Shown one piece after another: positions 40,158 to 52,346 of a stretch of 64,000 nt of DNA. Each line of letters starts with the position of its first letter. The first letter of the stretch is position 1. The stretch is from Trebonia sp. (GTDB lineage Bacteria > Actinomycetota > Actinomycetes > Streptosporangiales > Streptosporangiaceae): the NCBI GenBank assembly GCA_050013875.1, contig JBEKEK010000019.1:3807-67806 (forward strand). The letters run 5' to 3'. The notes under the pieces were generated by a model. It made no database searches, had not been told where the DNA came from, and saw nothing but the letters and a program-made list of their open reading frames with translations. The position numbers and the translations under genes were made by a program.

Positions 40158-41507
40158 TTAGAACTCTGCCAGTGAATCAAGCGGGATGGACAACCAGGAT
40201 GGCCGGTGCCTGGCCTCGTAAAGGACTTCGTAGACGGCCTTGTCGAGCTGCAGGGCCGTCAGCAGCACCTGGTTGGCCTCCGGGTCGAGGCCGCCGGCCT
40301 CGGCGTACCCGGCGCAGAATGCCGCGGCGTTCCTGCGCACCCAGTCGCGGGCCACGTTGCTGAGCGCCGCCTGGTCGGGATGGCCGATGAGCTGGTGGCG
40401 GGCGGCGTAATCGAATGACCGGAGCATGCCCGCGACGTCCCGCAGGGCGGAGGAGCGGGCGCGGCGCTGCGCGAGCGGGGTGGCCGGCTCGCCCTCGAAG
40501 TCGAGGACGACCCAGCCGGTCTCGGTGCGCAGCACCTGGCCCAGGTGGTAGTCGCCGTGCACCCGCTGGACCGGGAACGGCCCCTTGAGCTTGGCCAGCG
40601 CGGCGTAGGCGGCGCCGATCATGTCGGCGTGCTTGCCGAGTTCTGGCACCGCCGCGATGGCCAGGTCGAGCTTGCGGAACATCCGCTCGGTGAGCTCGCC
40701 GACCGCTTCGGCGCCGAGGTCGTCGGTGCCGAACGCGGCGGCCAGGTCGGCGTGGACCTGGGCGGTGGCGGCGCCGAGCCGCCGTGACTCCCCGGAGAAG
40801 TCGCCGCCGGCGTCCCCGGCGCGCATGTCCGTGCTTGCGTACAGGTCCCGGACGCTGGTCGCGGCGAGCGTCCAGCCGTCGGTGGCGAGCCGCAGGTACC
40901 TGGACAGGATCGCCAGGTGAGTGGACACGCCCTCCAGCCTGGTCTCGATCCAGCCAAGCGGTTCCGCCACCTGCGGTGAGCCGAGGGAGTGCAGCGCGAT
41001 GGTGACCTCAAGATCCGGGTTGGGCCCGGGCGAGAGCCTGCGGAACACCTTGAGGATGGACTCCTCGCCGAAGACCAGGCTGGTGTTCGACTGCTCGCCG
41101 GTGATGACCAGGCTGTCCAGGCCGGTCTCGAACTCCGCGCCATCGACCTTGCGCATCTGCAGCGTTCCGAGCCTGGCGTTGGCCCCGATGGCCGCGAGCA
41201 GTGGCTTGGTCAGGTCGGCGTCGTGCAGTGCGTCGTAGGCGATCCGGCCGCCGGCCGGGCCGTCACCGACCGTGCCGATGGTCACGTGCTTGAGCCTGGC
41301 GGGCAGCTTGCGGCGCAGCCCGACCAGGATCTGGTAATAGTCCACCACCACGCCGTGCGACACCGCGACGATGAGGTGCCGGAGCTCTGGATCGCCGGTT
41401 ACGAGTTCGGTGTCCGCGACGATCGCCAGATCGCGAGGCCCCTGTCCCTTTCCCGCGAACCAGCGCTGGCTGCCTAGCCATGGTGCTAGTGCGTCCTCGA
41501 TCGCCAT
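40158..41507 (-). CDS. mak: Maltokinase (Pep2/Mak)
   Basis: [57 protein letters not shown]. Confidence 0.93.
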   Translation of the reverse strand: MAIEDALAPWLGSQRWFAGKGQGPRDLAIVADTELVTGDPELRHLIVAVSHGVVVDYYQILVGLRRKLPARLKHVTIGTVGDGPAGGRIAYDALHDADLTKPLLAAIGANARLGTLQMRKVDGAEFETGLDSLVITGEQSNTSLVFGEESILKVFRRLSPGPNPDLEVTIALHSLGSPQVAEPLGWIETRLEGVSTHLAILSRYLRLATDGWTLAATSVRDLYASTDMRAGDAGGDFSGESRRLGAATAQVHADLAAAFGTDDLGAEAVGELTERMFRKLDLAIAAVPELGKHADMIGAAYAALAKLKGPFPVQRVHGDYHLGQVLRTETGWVVLDFEGEPATPLAQRRARSSALRDVAGMLRSFDYAARHQLIGHPDQAALSNVARDWVRRNAAAFCAGYAEAGGLDPEANQVLLTALQLDKAVYEVLYEARHRPSWLSIPLDSLAEF

Positions 41508-41627
41508 TGGTCTCGCGCGCTCCTATCCTCCGGTGGGGCGTCCCCCGGTTCCCCGGGTCTCGGGGTTTCTAGGTAGACGACAAATTAGAGCACATACGGC
41601 GCATCGGTCATTCTCCTGCGTCGTGGC

Positions 41628-43436
<1,809 letters not shown>

Positions 43437-43493
43437 GGCGTGACTCTCCTGAGAGGTGCGCGACCGCCGCATGCCAGGCTAATCGCGCATCGC

Positions 43494-45560
43494 TCAGGCC
43501 TGGTCACGCGTAACGGTGAAGATGTGTGCTGTCCGCACGGCAGGATCAAGGCGCACGTAGTTGGCTTGGCCCCACCTGAAGATCTCGCCGGTGAGCTCAT
43601 CGGTAACGGTGAACCCCTCGTGCCAGTCCATTCCCAGCGCGGGCATGTCAAGCCACACCGTGGCCTCCCTGGCCTGGTGCGGGTCAAGATTCACTACAAC
43701 CAGAACGGTGTCTGCGGCGTTCCCGTCCTGCTCCCCCGACTGCGGCGCTGCCTGCCCGGAGGGTCTCTCCGAGATCGTACCTGCCCCGTAGACGCGTTTG
43801 GAGAAGCAGATCAGCTCTGGCTGATCCACGGTATGGAAGCGTAGATTACGCAGCCAGTGCAACGCCACATGCTGTTTTCTGATCCGGTTCAGATCGGTGA
43901 TAAACGGCGCGATGCCTAGCCCGTCCCTGGCCGCGGTCTCCCAGTCGCGCGGCCGGTACTGGAACTTCTCAGAATCCAGGTACTCTTCGCTGCCCGGACG
44001 GAGCGGCGTATTTTCGCATAGCTCATAGCCGGAATAGATACCCCAGGATGGGCTGAGCATGGCAGCGAGCACCGCCCGGATTTCAAACGCCGGCACCCCG
44101 CCATGCTGCAGGTACTCGTGGAGGATGTCGGGGGTGTTGGCGAAGAAGTTCGGCCGCATCGACGCGGCGGCCGGCCCGGACAGCTCGGTGAGGTACTCGG
44201 TCAGCTCGTCCTTGGTGTTGCGCCAGGTGAAATATGTGTAGGACTGGTGGAAACCGACCTGGGCGAGGGCGGCCATCATCGCCGGGCGGGTGAACGCCTC
44301 GGCCAGGAACAGCACGTCAGGGTCGGTCTTGCGGATGCTGGCGAGCAGCCGCTCCCAGAACCTGAGCGGCTTGGTGTGCGGGTTGTCCACCCGGAAGATG
44401 CGGACGCCGTGGCTCATCCACAGCCGGACGATCCGGTCGAACTCCGCGAAGATCCCCTCGGGGTCGTTGTCGAAGTTGAAGTTGAAGATGTCCTGGTACT
44501 TCTTCGGCGGGTTCTCCGCGTAGGCGATCGTCCCGTCGGCCCGGAAGGTGAACCACTCCGGGTGCTCCTTCACCCAGGGATGATCGGGCGAGGCGTTCAG
44601 GGCCAGGTCGATCGCCACCTCGAGGCCGAGCTTGGCGGCCCGGGCGACGAAAGCGTCGAAGTCCGCGAACGTGCCGAGGTCCGGGTGGATGGCGTCGTGC
44701 CCGCCCTCGGGCGCGCCGATCGCCCACGGCGAGCCGGGGTCGCTCGGCCTGGCCTCCAGGGTGTTGTTGCGGCCCTTGCGGAATGTGGTCCCGATCGGGT
44801 GGATGGGCGGCAGGTAGACGACGTCGAACCCCATGCCGGCGATGGCCTCGAGCCTGCGCGCGGCCGTGCGCAGCGTGCCGGAGACCGGATCCCGGCGCCC
44901 CATCGGGTCGAACTCGACGCCCTCGGAGCGCGGGAAGAACTCGTACCACGCGCTGTACAGGGCGCGCTTCCGCTCCACCAGCACCGGCTGCCAGCCGGAC
45001 CTGGTCACCAGATCGCGCAGCGGGTACTCGGCAAGCAGCGCCACGACCTCCGGCGTCTGCGCCGCCGCGAGCCGGTCCCAGGGCGGCCGGCCGCGGTCGC
45101 GCAGCTTCTTGGCCACCGCGTTAAGCGCCGTGCGGGCCGCCGCCGGGCGGGACGCGCCCGGCGGCTGCCTGATGGACCGCGCGGCCCGCTCGAACAGCAG
45201 CGCGCCCTCGGTCAGCATGAGCTCGACGTCCTGGCCGCGCGGGATCTTGATGTCCGCGTCGTGCGCCCAGTGCGCGATCGAATCGTTCCAGGACTCGACG
45301 TGGAAGTGCCAGGTGCCCTCGCTGGTCACCGTGACATCGGCACCGTAACGGTCCGTTCCCGGCGCCAGCTCGCGCATCCGGACCAGCGGCCCCAGCCGGC
45401 CGGCGGGATCTCGCAGCACCACCCCGGCGCCAAGTACGCCGTGCCCCTCTTTGATGACGGTGGCGCTGACCTGGAAAGTCTCGCCAGCAACGGCCTTGGC
45501 CGGGCGGCGCCCGCACTCAACCACGGGCCCGACGTCGAGGATGGGGATACGTCCGATCAC
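43494..45560 (-). CDS. glgE: Alpha-1,4-glucan:maltose-1-phosphate maltosyltransferase
   Basis: GRIPI, WYEFFPRS, YLPPIHPIG, AYAENPPKKYQDI, FRVDNPHTKP, LAEAFT, NTPDIL. Confidence 0.96.
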   Translation of the reverse strand: MIGRIPILDVGPVVECGRRPAKAVAGETFQVSATVIKEGHGVLGAGVVLRDPAGRLGPLVRMRELAPGTDRYGADVTVTSEGTWHFHVESWNDSIAHWAHDADIKIPRGQDVELMLTEGALLFERAARSIRQPPGASRPAAARTALNAVAKKLRDRGRPPWDRLAAAQTPEVVALLAEYPLRDLVTRSGWQPVLVERKRALYSAWYEFFPRSEGVEFDPMGRRDPVSGTLRTAARRLEAIAGMGFDVVYLPPIHPIGTTFRKGRNNTLEARPSDPGSPWAIGAPEGGHDAIHPDLGTFADFDAFVARAAKLGLEVAIDLALNASPDHPWVKEHPEWFTFRADGTIAYAENPPKKYQDIFNFNFDNDPEGIFAEFDRIVRLWMSHGVRIFRVDNPHTKPLRFWERLLASIRKTDPDVLFLAEAFTRPAMMAALAQVGFHQSYTYFTWRNTKDELTEYLTELSGPAAASMRPNFFANTPDILHEYLQHGGVPAFEIRAVLAAMLSPSWGIYSGYELCENTPLRPGSEEYLDSEKFQYRPRDWETAARDGLGIAPFITDLNRIRKQHVALHWLRNLRFHTVDQPELICFSKRVYGAGTISERPSGQAAPQSGEQDGNAADTVLVVVNLDPHQAREATVWLDMPALGMDWHEGFTVTDELTGEIFRWGQANYVRLDPAVRTAHIFTVTRDQA

Positions 45561-45637
45561 GCCGCCACCGTACCCAGTTATGGTTCACAAAGGAACGCCG
45601 ACCCGGTGGTAAGGCATAGCCTCTATGATGACTGCCC

Positions 45638-48193
45638 GTGAGAGCGATCCGACGTTTCACCGTCCGCGTGACGCTTCCGCAGCCGCTAGCGCCGCTGCAT
45701 GACCTGATGCTCAACCTCCGCTGGTCCTGGCACCCGCCCACGGTTGAGCTGTTCGAGTCGATCGACCCGGCCGGGTGGGCCGCCTCCGGTGGTGACCCGG
45801 TGGCGATGCTCAGCTCGATGAGACCAGGCCGACTCGCCGATCTCGCCGCTGACGAGGACTTCCTGCGCCGCCTGGACGCGGTCCTCGCCGACTTGCGCGG
45901 CTACACCGGTGAGCCGCGCTGGTACCAGTCGGGCGGGGCAGGCGCGCCGGGGTCGCTGCCGAACGCGATCGCCTACTTCTCCCCGGAATACGGCATCACC
46001 GCTGTTCTCCCGCAGTACTCGGGCGGCCTCGGAATCCTCGCGGGTGATCATCTCAAGTCGGCGAGCGACCTTGGCGTGCCGATCATCGGGGTGGGCCTGC
46101 TCTACCGGCACGGGTACTTCACCCAGTCGCTGTCGGCCGACGGCTGGCAGGCGGAGCGCTACCCGGCCGACGACCCGAACGGCCTGCCGCTCACGCTGCT
46201 GCGGACAGCGGACGGCGAACCGGTCAAGGTCTCGGTCGGGCTCGCCGACTCCAAGCTGCTCACCGCCCAGGTGTGGCTGGCGCAGGTGGGCCGGGTGCCG
46301 CTGCTGATGCTGGACTCCTACGTGGAGGAGAACGAGCCCGCGCTGCACGAGGTGACCGACCGCCTGTACGGCGGCGGGAGCGAGCACCGGCTCCGCCAGG
46401 AGCTGCTGCTCGGCATCGGCGGTGTCCGCGCGGTCCGCGCCTTCTGCGCGATCACCGGCCACCCCGAGCCCGAGGTCTTCCACACCAACGAGGGCCACGC
46501 CGGCTTCCTCGGCCTGGAGCGGATCAGGGAGTACGTGGCGTCTGGGCTCTCCTTCAACGAGGCGCTCGAGCTGTCCAGGGCGGGCACGGTCTTCACCACG
46601 CACACGCCGGTGCCGGCCGGCATCGACCGGTTCCCGCGCGAGCTGATCGAGCGGTGGTACCACTCGGGCGCGGAGCCCGGGATTGGGCTTTACGAGGTGC
46701 TCGCGCTTGGCGCGGAGACCTACCCGGGCGGCGACCCGCACATGTTCAACATGGCCGTGATGGGCATGCGGCTGGCCCAGCGGGTCAACGGCGTGTCGGT
46801 GCTGCACGGCCAGGTGAGCCGGGAGATGTTCGCCGGGCTGTGGCCCGGGTTCGACACCGCCGAGGTGCCGATCGGTTCGATCACCAACGGCGTGCACGCG
46901 CCTACCTGGGTCGCGCGCGAGGTCACCGACCTCGGCGACTCGGCCGACGCCGCGTCCGCCGATGCGGGGCGGCTGTGGGCGGTCCGCCGCCTGCTCCGCG
47001 CCCGGATGGTCACCGAGACCAGGCGGCGGCTGCGCGAGTCCTGGCAGCAGCGCGGCGCGTCCGGCGCCGAGCTGACCTGGATCGACGACGTGCTCGACGA
47101 GAACGTGCTGACGATCGGGTTCGCCCGCCGGGTGCCGTCCTACAAGCGGCTGACGCTGATGCTCAACGACCCGCACCGGCTCGCCGGGCTGCTCCTCGAC
47201 CCGGAGCGCCCGATCCAGATCGTGATCGCGGGCAAGGCGCACCCGGCCGACGAGGGCGGCAAGCGGCTCATCCAGCAGATGGTCCAGTTCACCGACTCGG
47301 AGACCGTGCGCCGGCGGATCGTCTTCCTGCCCGACTACGACATGGCGCTCGCCCGGTACCTGGTCCAGGGGTGCGATGTCTGGCTCAACAACCCGCTGCG
47401 CCCGCTTGAGGCCTGCGGCACGTCGGGCATGAAGGTGGCGCTCAACGGCGGCCTGAATCTGTCGGTGCGGGACGGCTGGTGGGACGAGTGGTACGACGGC
47501 GGCAACGGCTGGGAGATCCCGACGGCGGACGGCGTCGCCGACGCGGACCGCAGGGACGAGCTCGAGGCGTCCGCGCTTTACGAGCTGCTCGCCAAGTCGG
47601 TCGCGCCGTTGTATTACGACACCGGCGCTGATGGCGTCCCGCATGGCTGGGTCGAGATGATGCGGCACGGACTGCGCAGCCTCGGCCCGCTCGTCCGGGC
47701 GGACCGGATGGTCGGCGACTACGTGACGAATCTGTACGCGCCGGCCGCGCGGGCCTCGCGCGCGCTCGCGGCCGGGGACAACCGCCCGGCCCGCGACCTC
47801 GCCGCCTGGAAGGACCGCGTCCGGCGGGCCTGGGACCTGGTGCGGGTCGAGCACGTCGAGGCCGACGGCACGGAGCCGTCCCTCGGTGCGGTGCTCGACG
47901 TGCGGGTGACCGCCTCGCTCGGTGAGCTGACCCCGGCCGACGTCCGCGTCGAGCTGGTCTACGGCCGCCTGGGGGAGGACGACGAGATCGTCGACCCGTC
48001 CTACGTGACGCTCACCGCCGACGACTCAGCGCCCGGCCGGTTCTCCGGTTCGGTCGAGCTTGGCCAGCCGGGTCCGTTCGGCTACACCGCCCGCATTCTC
48101 CCCGACCACCCGCTGCTCGCCACCCGGGCCGAGCTTGGCCTGGTCACCTATCCGGAAGGGCCGGCCGGCATGTCAACGGGGGACCTGCGCTAA
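45638..48193 (+). CDS. glgP: Alpha-glucan phosphorylase
   Basis: YFSPEYG, YSGGLGILAGD, NEGH, FTTHTPV, GFARR..YKR, EACGTSGMK (PLP Lys), DGWW. Confidence 0.96.
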   Translation: MRAIRRFTVRVTLPQPLAPLHDLMLNLRWSWHPPTVELFESIDPAGWAASGGDPVAMLSSMRPGRLADLAADEDFLRRLDAVLADLRGYTGEPRWYQSGGAGAPGSLPNAIAYFSPEYGITAVLPQYSGGLGILAGDHLKSASDLGVPIIGVGLLYRHGYFTQSLSADGWQAERYPADDPNGLPLTLLRTADGEPVKVSVGLADSKLLTAQVWLAQVGRVPLLMLDSYVEENEPALHEVTDRLYGGGSEHRLRQELLLGIGGVRAVRAFCAITGHPEPEVFHTNEGHAGFLGLERIREYVASGLSFNEALELSRAGTVFTTHTPVPAGIDRFPRELIERWYHSGAEPGIGLYEVLALGAETYPGGDPHMFNMAVMGMRLAQRVNGVSVLHGQVSREMFAGLWPGFDTAEVPIGSITNGVHAPTWVAREVTDLGDSADAASADAGRLWAVRRLLRARMVTETRRRLRESWQQRGASGAELTWIDDVLDENVLTIGFARRVPSYKRLTLMLNDPHRLAGLLLDPERPIQIVIAGKAHPADEGGKRLIQQMVQFTDSETVRRRIVFLPDYDMALARYLVQGCDVWLNNPLRPLEACGTSGMKVALNGGLNLSVRDGWWDEWYDGGNGWEIPTADGVADADRRDELEASALYELLAKSVAPLYYDTGADGVPHGWVEMMRHGLRSLGPLVRADRMVGDYVTNLYAPAARASRALAAGDNRPARDLAAWKDRVRRAWDLVRVEHVEADGTEPSLGAVLDVRVTASLGELTPADVRVELVYGRLGEDDEIVDPSYVTLTADDSAPGRFSGSVELGQPGPFGYTARILPDHPLLATRAELGLVTYPEGPAGMSTGDLR

Positions 48194-48338
48194 CCCGTCA
48201 GAACGAGCTGAAAGAGCTGTCCGGCAAGCGGCGGCTTCCATCAGTGTGACGTATTTCGCGTCCAAATTGCCAGGATTTATGGGCATAACTGATAGAAGTC
48301 GTCGCTTGTATCTTCAACTTCAAATACTGCGCTCTCTT

Positions 48339-48364
48339 TACGAAACTGGTAGTGTCGTTTCGTA
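48339..48364. promoter_or_regulatory. Palindromic operator candidate, probably for the downstream TetR
   Basis: tacgaaac-N10-gtttcgta, 11 bp before ATG 48376. Confidence 0.6.
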
Positions 48365-48375
48365 TGGGGGGAACC

Positions 48376-49278
48376 ATGCAAAGGACGCAGCTCAGGACCA
48401 GGATCGGGTTCGTGGGCCTCGGTGCTATGGGGGCACCGCTGGCAGGCCGATTGCTTTATCGCAACAAGGTGTTCGGGACCAATCGCACCAAATGCAAGGC
48501 GAACGCGCTAATCGCCGAGGGTCTTATCTGGCGGGATACGCCGCGTGCGGTCGCCGCCAATGCGGAGGTCGTGTTCAGCATGGTCACCGATGACGACGCA
48601 CTCGCCGCGGTCACCGCGGGGCCGGACGGCATCCTGGCCGGCTTGCGGCCAGGTGCCCTCTACATCGACATGAGCACCGTGAGCCCGAGCGTCAGCCGCG
48701 AGCTCGCCAAGCAGGTGTGCTCGCGCGGCGCCACCATGATCGACGCGCCCGTCTCGGGCGGCGTTTCCGCGGCCGAGAGCGGCACCCTGTCGATCATGGT
48801 GGGCGGCACCGAAGCGGGGTACCGGGCGGCCGAGGCGCTGCTGCTCCGGCTCGGCAGCACCGTGACTCACGTCGGCGCGAACGGCCAGGGGCTGCTGCTC
48901 GGCCTGGCCATTAACGTCAGCCTGGCCGCCCAGTTGCTCGCGTTCAACGAGGGGGTCCTGCTGGCCGAGTGCGGCGGGATCGACCCCGTGCTGGCGGCCC
49001 GCGCGCTCGGGGCACCGATGCCGGGCGACGATGCGCCCGTCCTCCTTGACGTGCCCGGGCGGGCCCGGGTTCCCGCGCGGGCGCGGGAACCCGGGTGGGC
49101 GGCGCTTGATGCGGTGCATATGCACAAGGACATCCGGCTCGCCCTCGAGGCCGCACGCGAGTCCGGCGTTACGCTTCCGGTGGCGGCCGCCGTGGACAGC
49201 GCGCTGAGCCGCGTCGCGAACGCGGGCTATGGGCACGGGGGCGAAACCCGGCTCTACAACGGATTGGCGACCGCATGA
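48376..49278 (+). CDS. Beta-hydroxyacid dehydrogenase/6PGD-family protein, catalytic Lys apparently replaced
   Basis: IGFVGLGAMG, NRT, IDMSTVSP, DAPVSGG, GTLSIMVGG, KDIRLA; GQGLLLGLAIN where K is expected. Confidence 0.85.
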   Translation: MQRTQLRTRIGFVGLGAMGAPLAGRLLYRNKVFGTNRTKCKANALIAEGLIWRDTPRAVAANAEVVFSMVTDDDALAAVTAGPDGILAGLRPGALYIDMSTVSPSVSRELAKQVCSRGATMIDAPVSGGVSAAESGTLSIMVGGTEAGYRAAEALLLRLGSTVTHVGANGQGLLLGLAINVSLAAQLLAFNEGVLLAECGGIDPVLAARALGAPMPGDDAPVLLDVPGRARVPARAREPGWAALDAVHMHKDIRLALEAARESGVTLPVAAAVDSALSRVANAGYGHGGETRLYNGLATA

Positions 49279-49874
49279 CCCAGGTGATCGCGACGCACCG
49301 CGGCCGGCCGCGCAGCGAGACGGCCCATAGGGCGGTGCTGGCCGCGGCCGCGGAACTGCTACTTGACCACGGCCTGCACGCGGTCAGCATGGATGCCGTC
49401 GCGGAACGGGCAGGGGTCAGCAAGGCCACCATCTACCGCTGGTGGCCCAAAAAGGAAATCCTCGCCCTCGACATGCTGTTCACCGAGTGGCTCGCGGTGA
49501 CCCCTCAGCATTACGAGAGCGGCGTGCTCCGCAGCGACCTGACCGCGCTGCTGCTCGCCTGGAGCCGGCTGTCCAGCGGCCGGCCCTATGGCCGCGTAGT
49601 CGCCGCGCTGCTCGCGCAGGCGCGGACCGACCCGGTCTTCTCGGCCGAATACCAGCGGCGCATGCTCGAGCCGCGCCGTAACCAGGCGCGGATGATCTTC
49701 GCCCACGCCATCGCCCGCGGTGAGATCCCGGGCGAGACGAAGATCGAAGTGGCGATCGACCTCCTCTACGGTCCGCTCTACCACCGCCTGCTGCACGGCC
49801 ATGCCCCGCTTGATGACCAGTTCGTCGACGACGTCGTCGACATGGCGCTGCGCGGCATCCAGTCGGGCGCCTAG
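49275..49874 (+). CDS. TetR/AcrR family regulator
   Basis: RGRPRS, SMDAVAERAGVSKATIYRWW..KE, GPLYHRLL. Confidence 0.93.
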   Translation: MTQVIATHRGRPRSETAHRAVLAAAAELLLDHGLHAVSMDAVAERAGVSKATIYRWWPKKEILALDMLFTEWLAVTPQHYESGVLRSDLTALLLAWSRLSSGRPYGRVVAALLAQARTDPVFSAEYQRRMLEPRRNQARMIFAHAIARGEIPGETKIEVAIDLLYGPLYHRLLHGHAPLDDQFVDDVVDMALRGIQSGA

Positions 49875-49907
49875 GCCGGCCACCCGGACAGCACCCGGGC
49901 GGGGGGG

Positions 49908-50690
49908 TTACGTCAGGCCGAGGGCCAGCCGCACCGCGCGTTCGACGGGCGAGTATGCGCCGTCCTCGCGCCGCAGTTCCAGCAGCCCGGTGGGCATCAG
50001 CGGGGGCTGGGCCATGAACCGCGGTTCCCGTCCCTGGTGCCGCTGCGCGGAGTGAATCAGGAACGGGTGGCAGAGGTAGACGTCGCCGGCCCGGCCAGTC
50101 GCCAGGGCCAGCGGGCGGTCCGGTGAATCGAGCTTGCCCGCCTCGTCCATGACCGCGGACGCGGCGGAGAAGCTCATGCCGCGCTGGCCGGCCGCTTGCA
50201 GGAACGGCGGCACGTCCAGGTGCGAGCCCACCTTGATCTTGGTCGGCGCGTCATCGGGGCCGACATCGGAGAACAGGAACAGCATCAGCAGGGCCCGGCC
50301 GCGTGAGCGCAGGTTCAGGCAGTACCCCTGCACGCCCTCGACGGTGTAGCTGCCCTCCATGTGCCACCCGGTGTCGCCGGGCTCGCCGGAGTGCGGGAAC
50401 CGGATCGGGAACGTGCCGAGCCCGTCCCGCGGTATCCACCGGCCCCTGCCCACCAGCTGGTCGAACGCCTCGTGCAAGCGCGGCGTGCTCGCGGCCCGCC
50501 GGAACGGCTCTGTCCCGTACCCGCTGAGCCGGATGACCGGCTGCGTCCAGCTGCCCGGGTCGTCGGGGTCGAGGCCGGTCTCCCGCCACAGGAACGACCG
50601 GCCCGCGTCCGCCAGCGCCCGCGGAAACGCCTCGGGAACGTGCACGAACCCGTCGGCAACGAACCGCTCGACCTCTTCCGTCGTCAGCAC
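49908..50690 (-). CDS. Phytanoyl-CoA dioxygenase-like Fe(II)/2-oxoglutarate dioxygenase
   Basis: LT.EEVERF..DGFV, GWHMEG (HxE), GSH, AGDVYLCHPFLIH, PRFM; start moved to GTG 50690. Confidence 0.85.
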   Translation of the reverse strand: MLTTEEVERFVADGFVHVPEAFPRALADAGRSFLWRETGLDPDDPGSWTQPVIRLSGYGTEPFRRAASTPRLHEAFDQLVGRGRWIPRDGLGTFPIRFPHSGEPGDTGWHMEGSYTVEGVQGYCLNLRSRGRALLMLFLFSDVGPDDAPTKIKVGSHLDVPPFLQAAGQRGMSFSAASAVMDEAGKLDSPDRPLALATGRAGDVYLCHPFLIHSAQRHQGREPRFMAQPPLMPTGLLELRREDGAYSPVERAVRLALGLT

Positions 50691-50807
50691 AACAGCGATT
50701 CTTGACGGGCGGCTCGCGACGCGGCAACTGGATTGTTCACCCCACGTCCTGCGCCCCGGCCCGCCCGTGCCCTGCGCCCGGGAGTCCCAAGCCGTGCGCA
50801 GCCGGGG

Positions 50808-50910
50808 CGACCTTGCATAGCTCCCGGACAAGATAAAACGTTTTAGTAGACCTGAAAGTGTCCGGCAGCTATGTAAAGTCGAAAAAGTGTCTGGCAGCTA
50901 TGCAAAGTCG
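50808..50910. repeat. Inverted-repeat element with 23-bp arms and a duplicated right arm
   Basis: cgaccttgcatagctcccggaca (50808-50830) pairs imperfectly with tgtccggcagctatgtaaagtcg (50859-50881) and tgtctggcagctatgcaaagtcg (50888-50910). Confidence 0.85.
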
Positions 50911-51024
50911 TGGCAAGGAGCAAGGCCGCGGACCGGCCGTGGAAGCGGGCAGAGCGGCGCTGTAGCTTAGGGATGCCGCAGGTTCGTGAGTTGTGCGGGT
51001 GGTCTCGGCGTGGAGGTGGCGGGC

Positions 51025-51804
51025 GTGGGCGAGTTCGTACGGGTTGAGGTCGCGGACGGGATCGCGACGATCCGGCTGGACCGGCCGAAGATGAACGCGC
51101 TGAACGCGCAGGTTCAGAACGAGATCGCGGCGGCGGCGGCGCAGGTGTCCGCCGACAGCGAGGTTCGCGCGGTCATCCTCTACGGCGGTGAGCGGGTCTT
51201 CGCGGCGGGCGCCGACATCAAGGAGATGGCGTCCATGAGCTACCCGCAGATGGCCGGGCGGTCGGGCGCGCTGCAGGCGTCGTTCAGCGCCGTCGCCGAC
51301 ATACCGAAGCCCGTGGTGGCCGCGGTCACCGGGTACGCGCTCGGCGGCGGGCTCGAACTCGCGCTGTGCGCCGACTTCCGGGTGCTCGGCGAGAGCGCCA
51401 AGGTCGGCCAGCCGGAGATACTGCTCGGCATCATCCCCGGTGCCGGCGGGACCCAGCGGCTGCCGCGGTTGATCGGGCCGGCCAGGGCCAAGGACCTTAT
51501 TTTCTCCGGCAGGCACGCGGGCGCGGCCGAGGCGCTGGCCATCGGCCTGGCCGACAAGGTGGTGCCGGACGCCGACGTCTACACCGCGGCCAGGGACCTG
51601 GCCGCGCAGTACGCGGCCGGCCCTGCCCTCGCGCTGCGCGCCGCCAAGCAGGCCGTCAACCGGGGTCTTGAAGTCGATCTGGCCACCGGGCTGGAGATCG
51701 AGCGGCTGCAATTCGCCGCCCTATTCGCCACCGAGGACCAGAAGACCGGCATGAACAGCTTCATGGAGAACGGTCCGGGAAAGGCCGTCTTCGAGGGGCG
51801 CTGA
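51025..51804 (+). CDS. Enoyl-CoA hydratase/isomerase
   Basis: RPKMNALN, FAAGADIKE, GYALGGGLELAL.AD, QPEILLGIIPGAGGTQRL; GTG 51025 follows GGAGG. Confidence 0.94.
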   Translation: MGEFVRVEVADGIATIRLDRPKMNALNAQVQNEIAAAAAQVSADSEVRAVILYGGERVFAAGADIKEMASMSYPQMAGRSGALQASFSAVADIPKPVVAAVTGYALGGGLELALCADFRVLGESAKVGQPEILLGIIPGAGGTQRLPRLIGPARAKDLIFSGRHAGAAEALAIGLADKVVPDADVYTAARDLAAQYAAGPALALRAAKQAVNRGLEVDLATGLEIERLQFAALFATEDQKTGMNSFMENGPGKAVFEGR

Positions 51805-51866
51805 CGGTTTTAGGAGCATGCCGGCCGCTGGATCACGCCAGTTGGGTCAGGTGCGATACTCAAGAC

Positions 51867-52298
51867 GTGACTGAGCCTGATGACGCGCTCTCGCTAGAGA
51901 TGGTGACGGCCGCGCTGCGAGTGGACGGCAACGATGCCGCCATCTACGCCAGCGTCCTGGCCAACTCGCTGAGCGAGGCGTTGCCGCCGGGATACGTGAC
52001 CGTGGAGCGCAAGCAATCGATGTCCGACCGGATGCGGGGCCGTCCGGGCGAGATCGCCAAGATCGCGGTCACGCTCGGCGACCAGGTCATGACGCTCGCC
52101 CTGAACAACGGCCGCCCGGTCGCGGAGGTCTGCCGCGAGGTCCGCGGCGTGGTGCTTTCGCGGCAGCCGGTGCCGCTGCAGCAGTGGGCCGCCGCGCTGG
52201 CCAGTGCCCTGGTCGCCAACGCCGAATCGAATGCGCAGGCGGCCGAGGCGCTGCGCCGCCTTGTCATCGGCTCGTTACTTATAGCAACTAGAGAGTAA
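51867..52298 (+). CDS. Conserved hypothetical protein
   Basis: High GC3; helical N-terminus, V.VER, VRGVVLSR...W...L pattern seen in actinobacterial hypothetical proteins. Confidence 0.65.
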   Translation: MTEPDDALSLEMVTAALRVDGNDAAIYASVLANSLSEALPPGYVTVERKQSMSDRMRGRPGEIAKIAVTLGDQVMTLALNNGRPVAEVCREVRGVVLSRQPVPLQQWAAALASALVANAESNAQAAEALRRLVIGSLLIATRE

Positions 52299-52346
52299 TC
52301 AAGGTTTTATAGAAATCGCGGATGCGGGACATACTCTGAGAGGACG

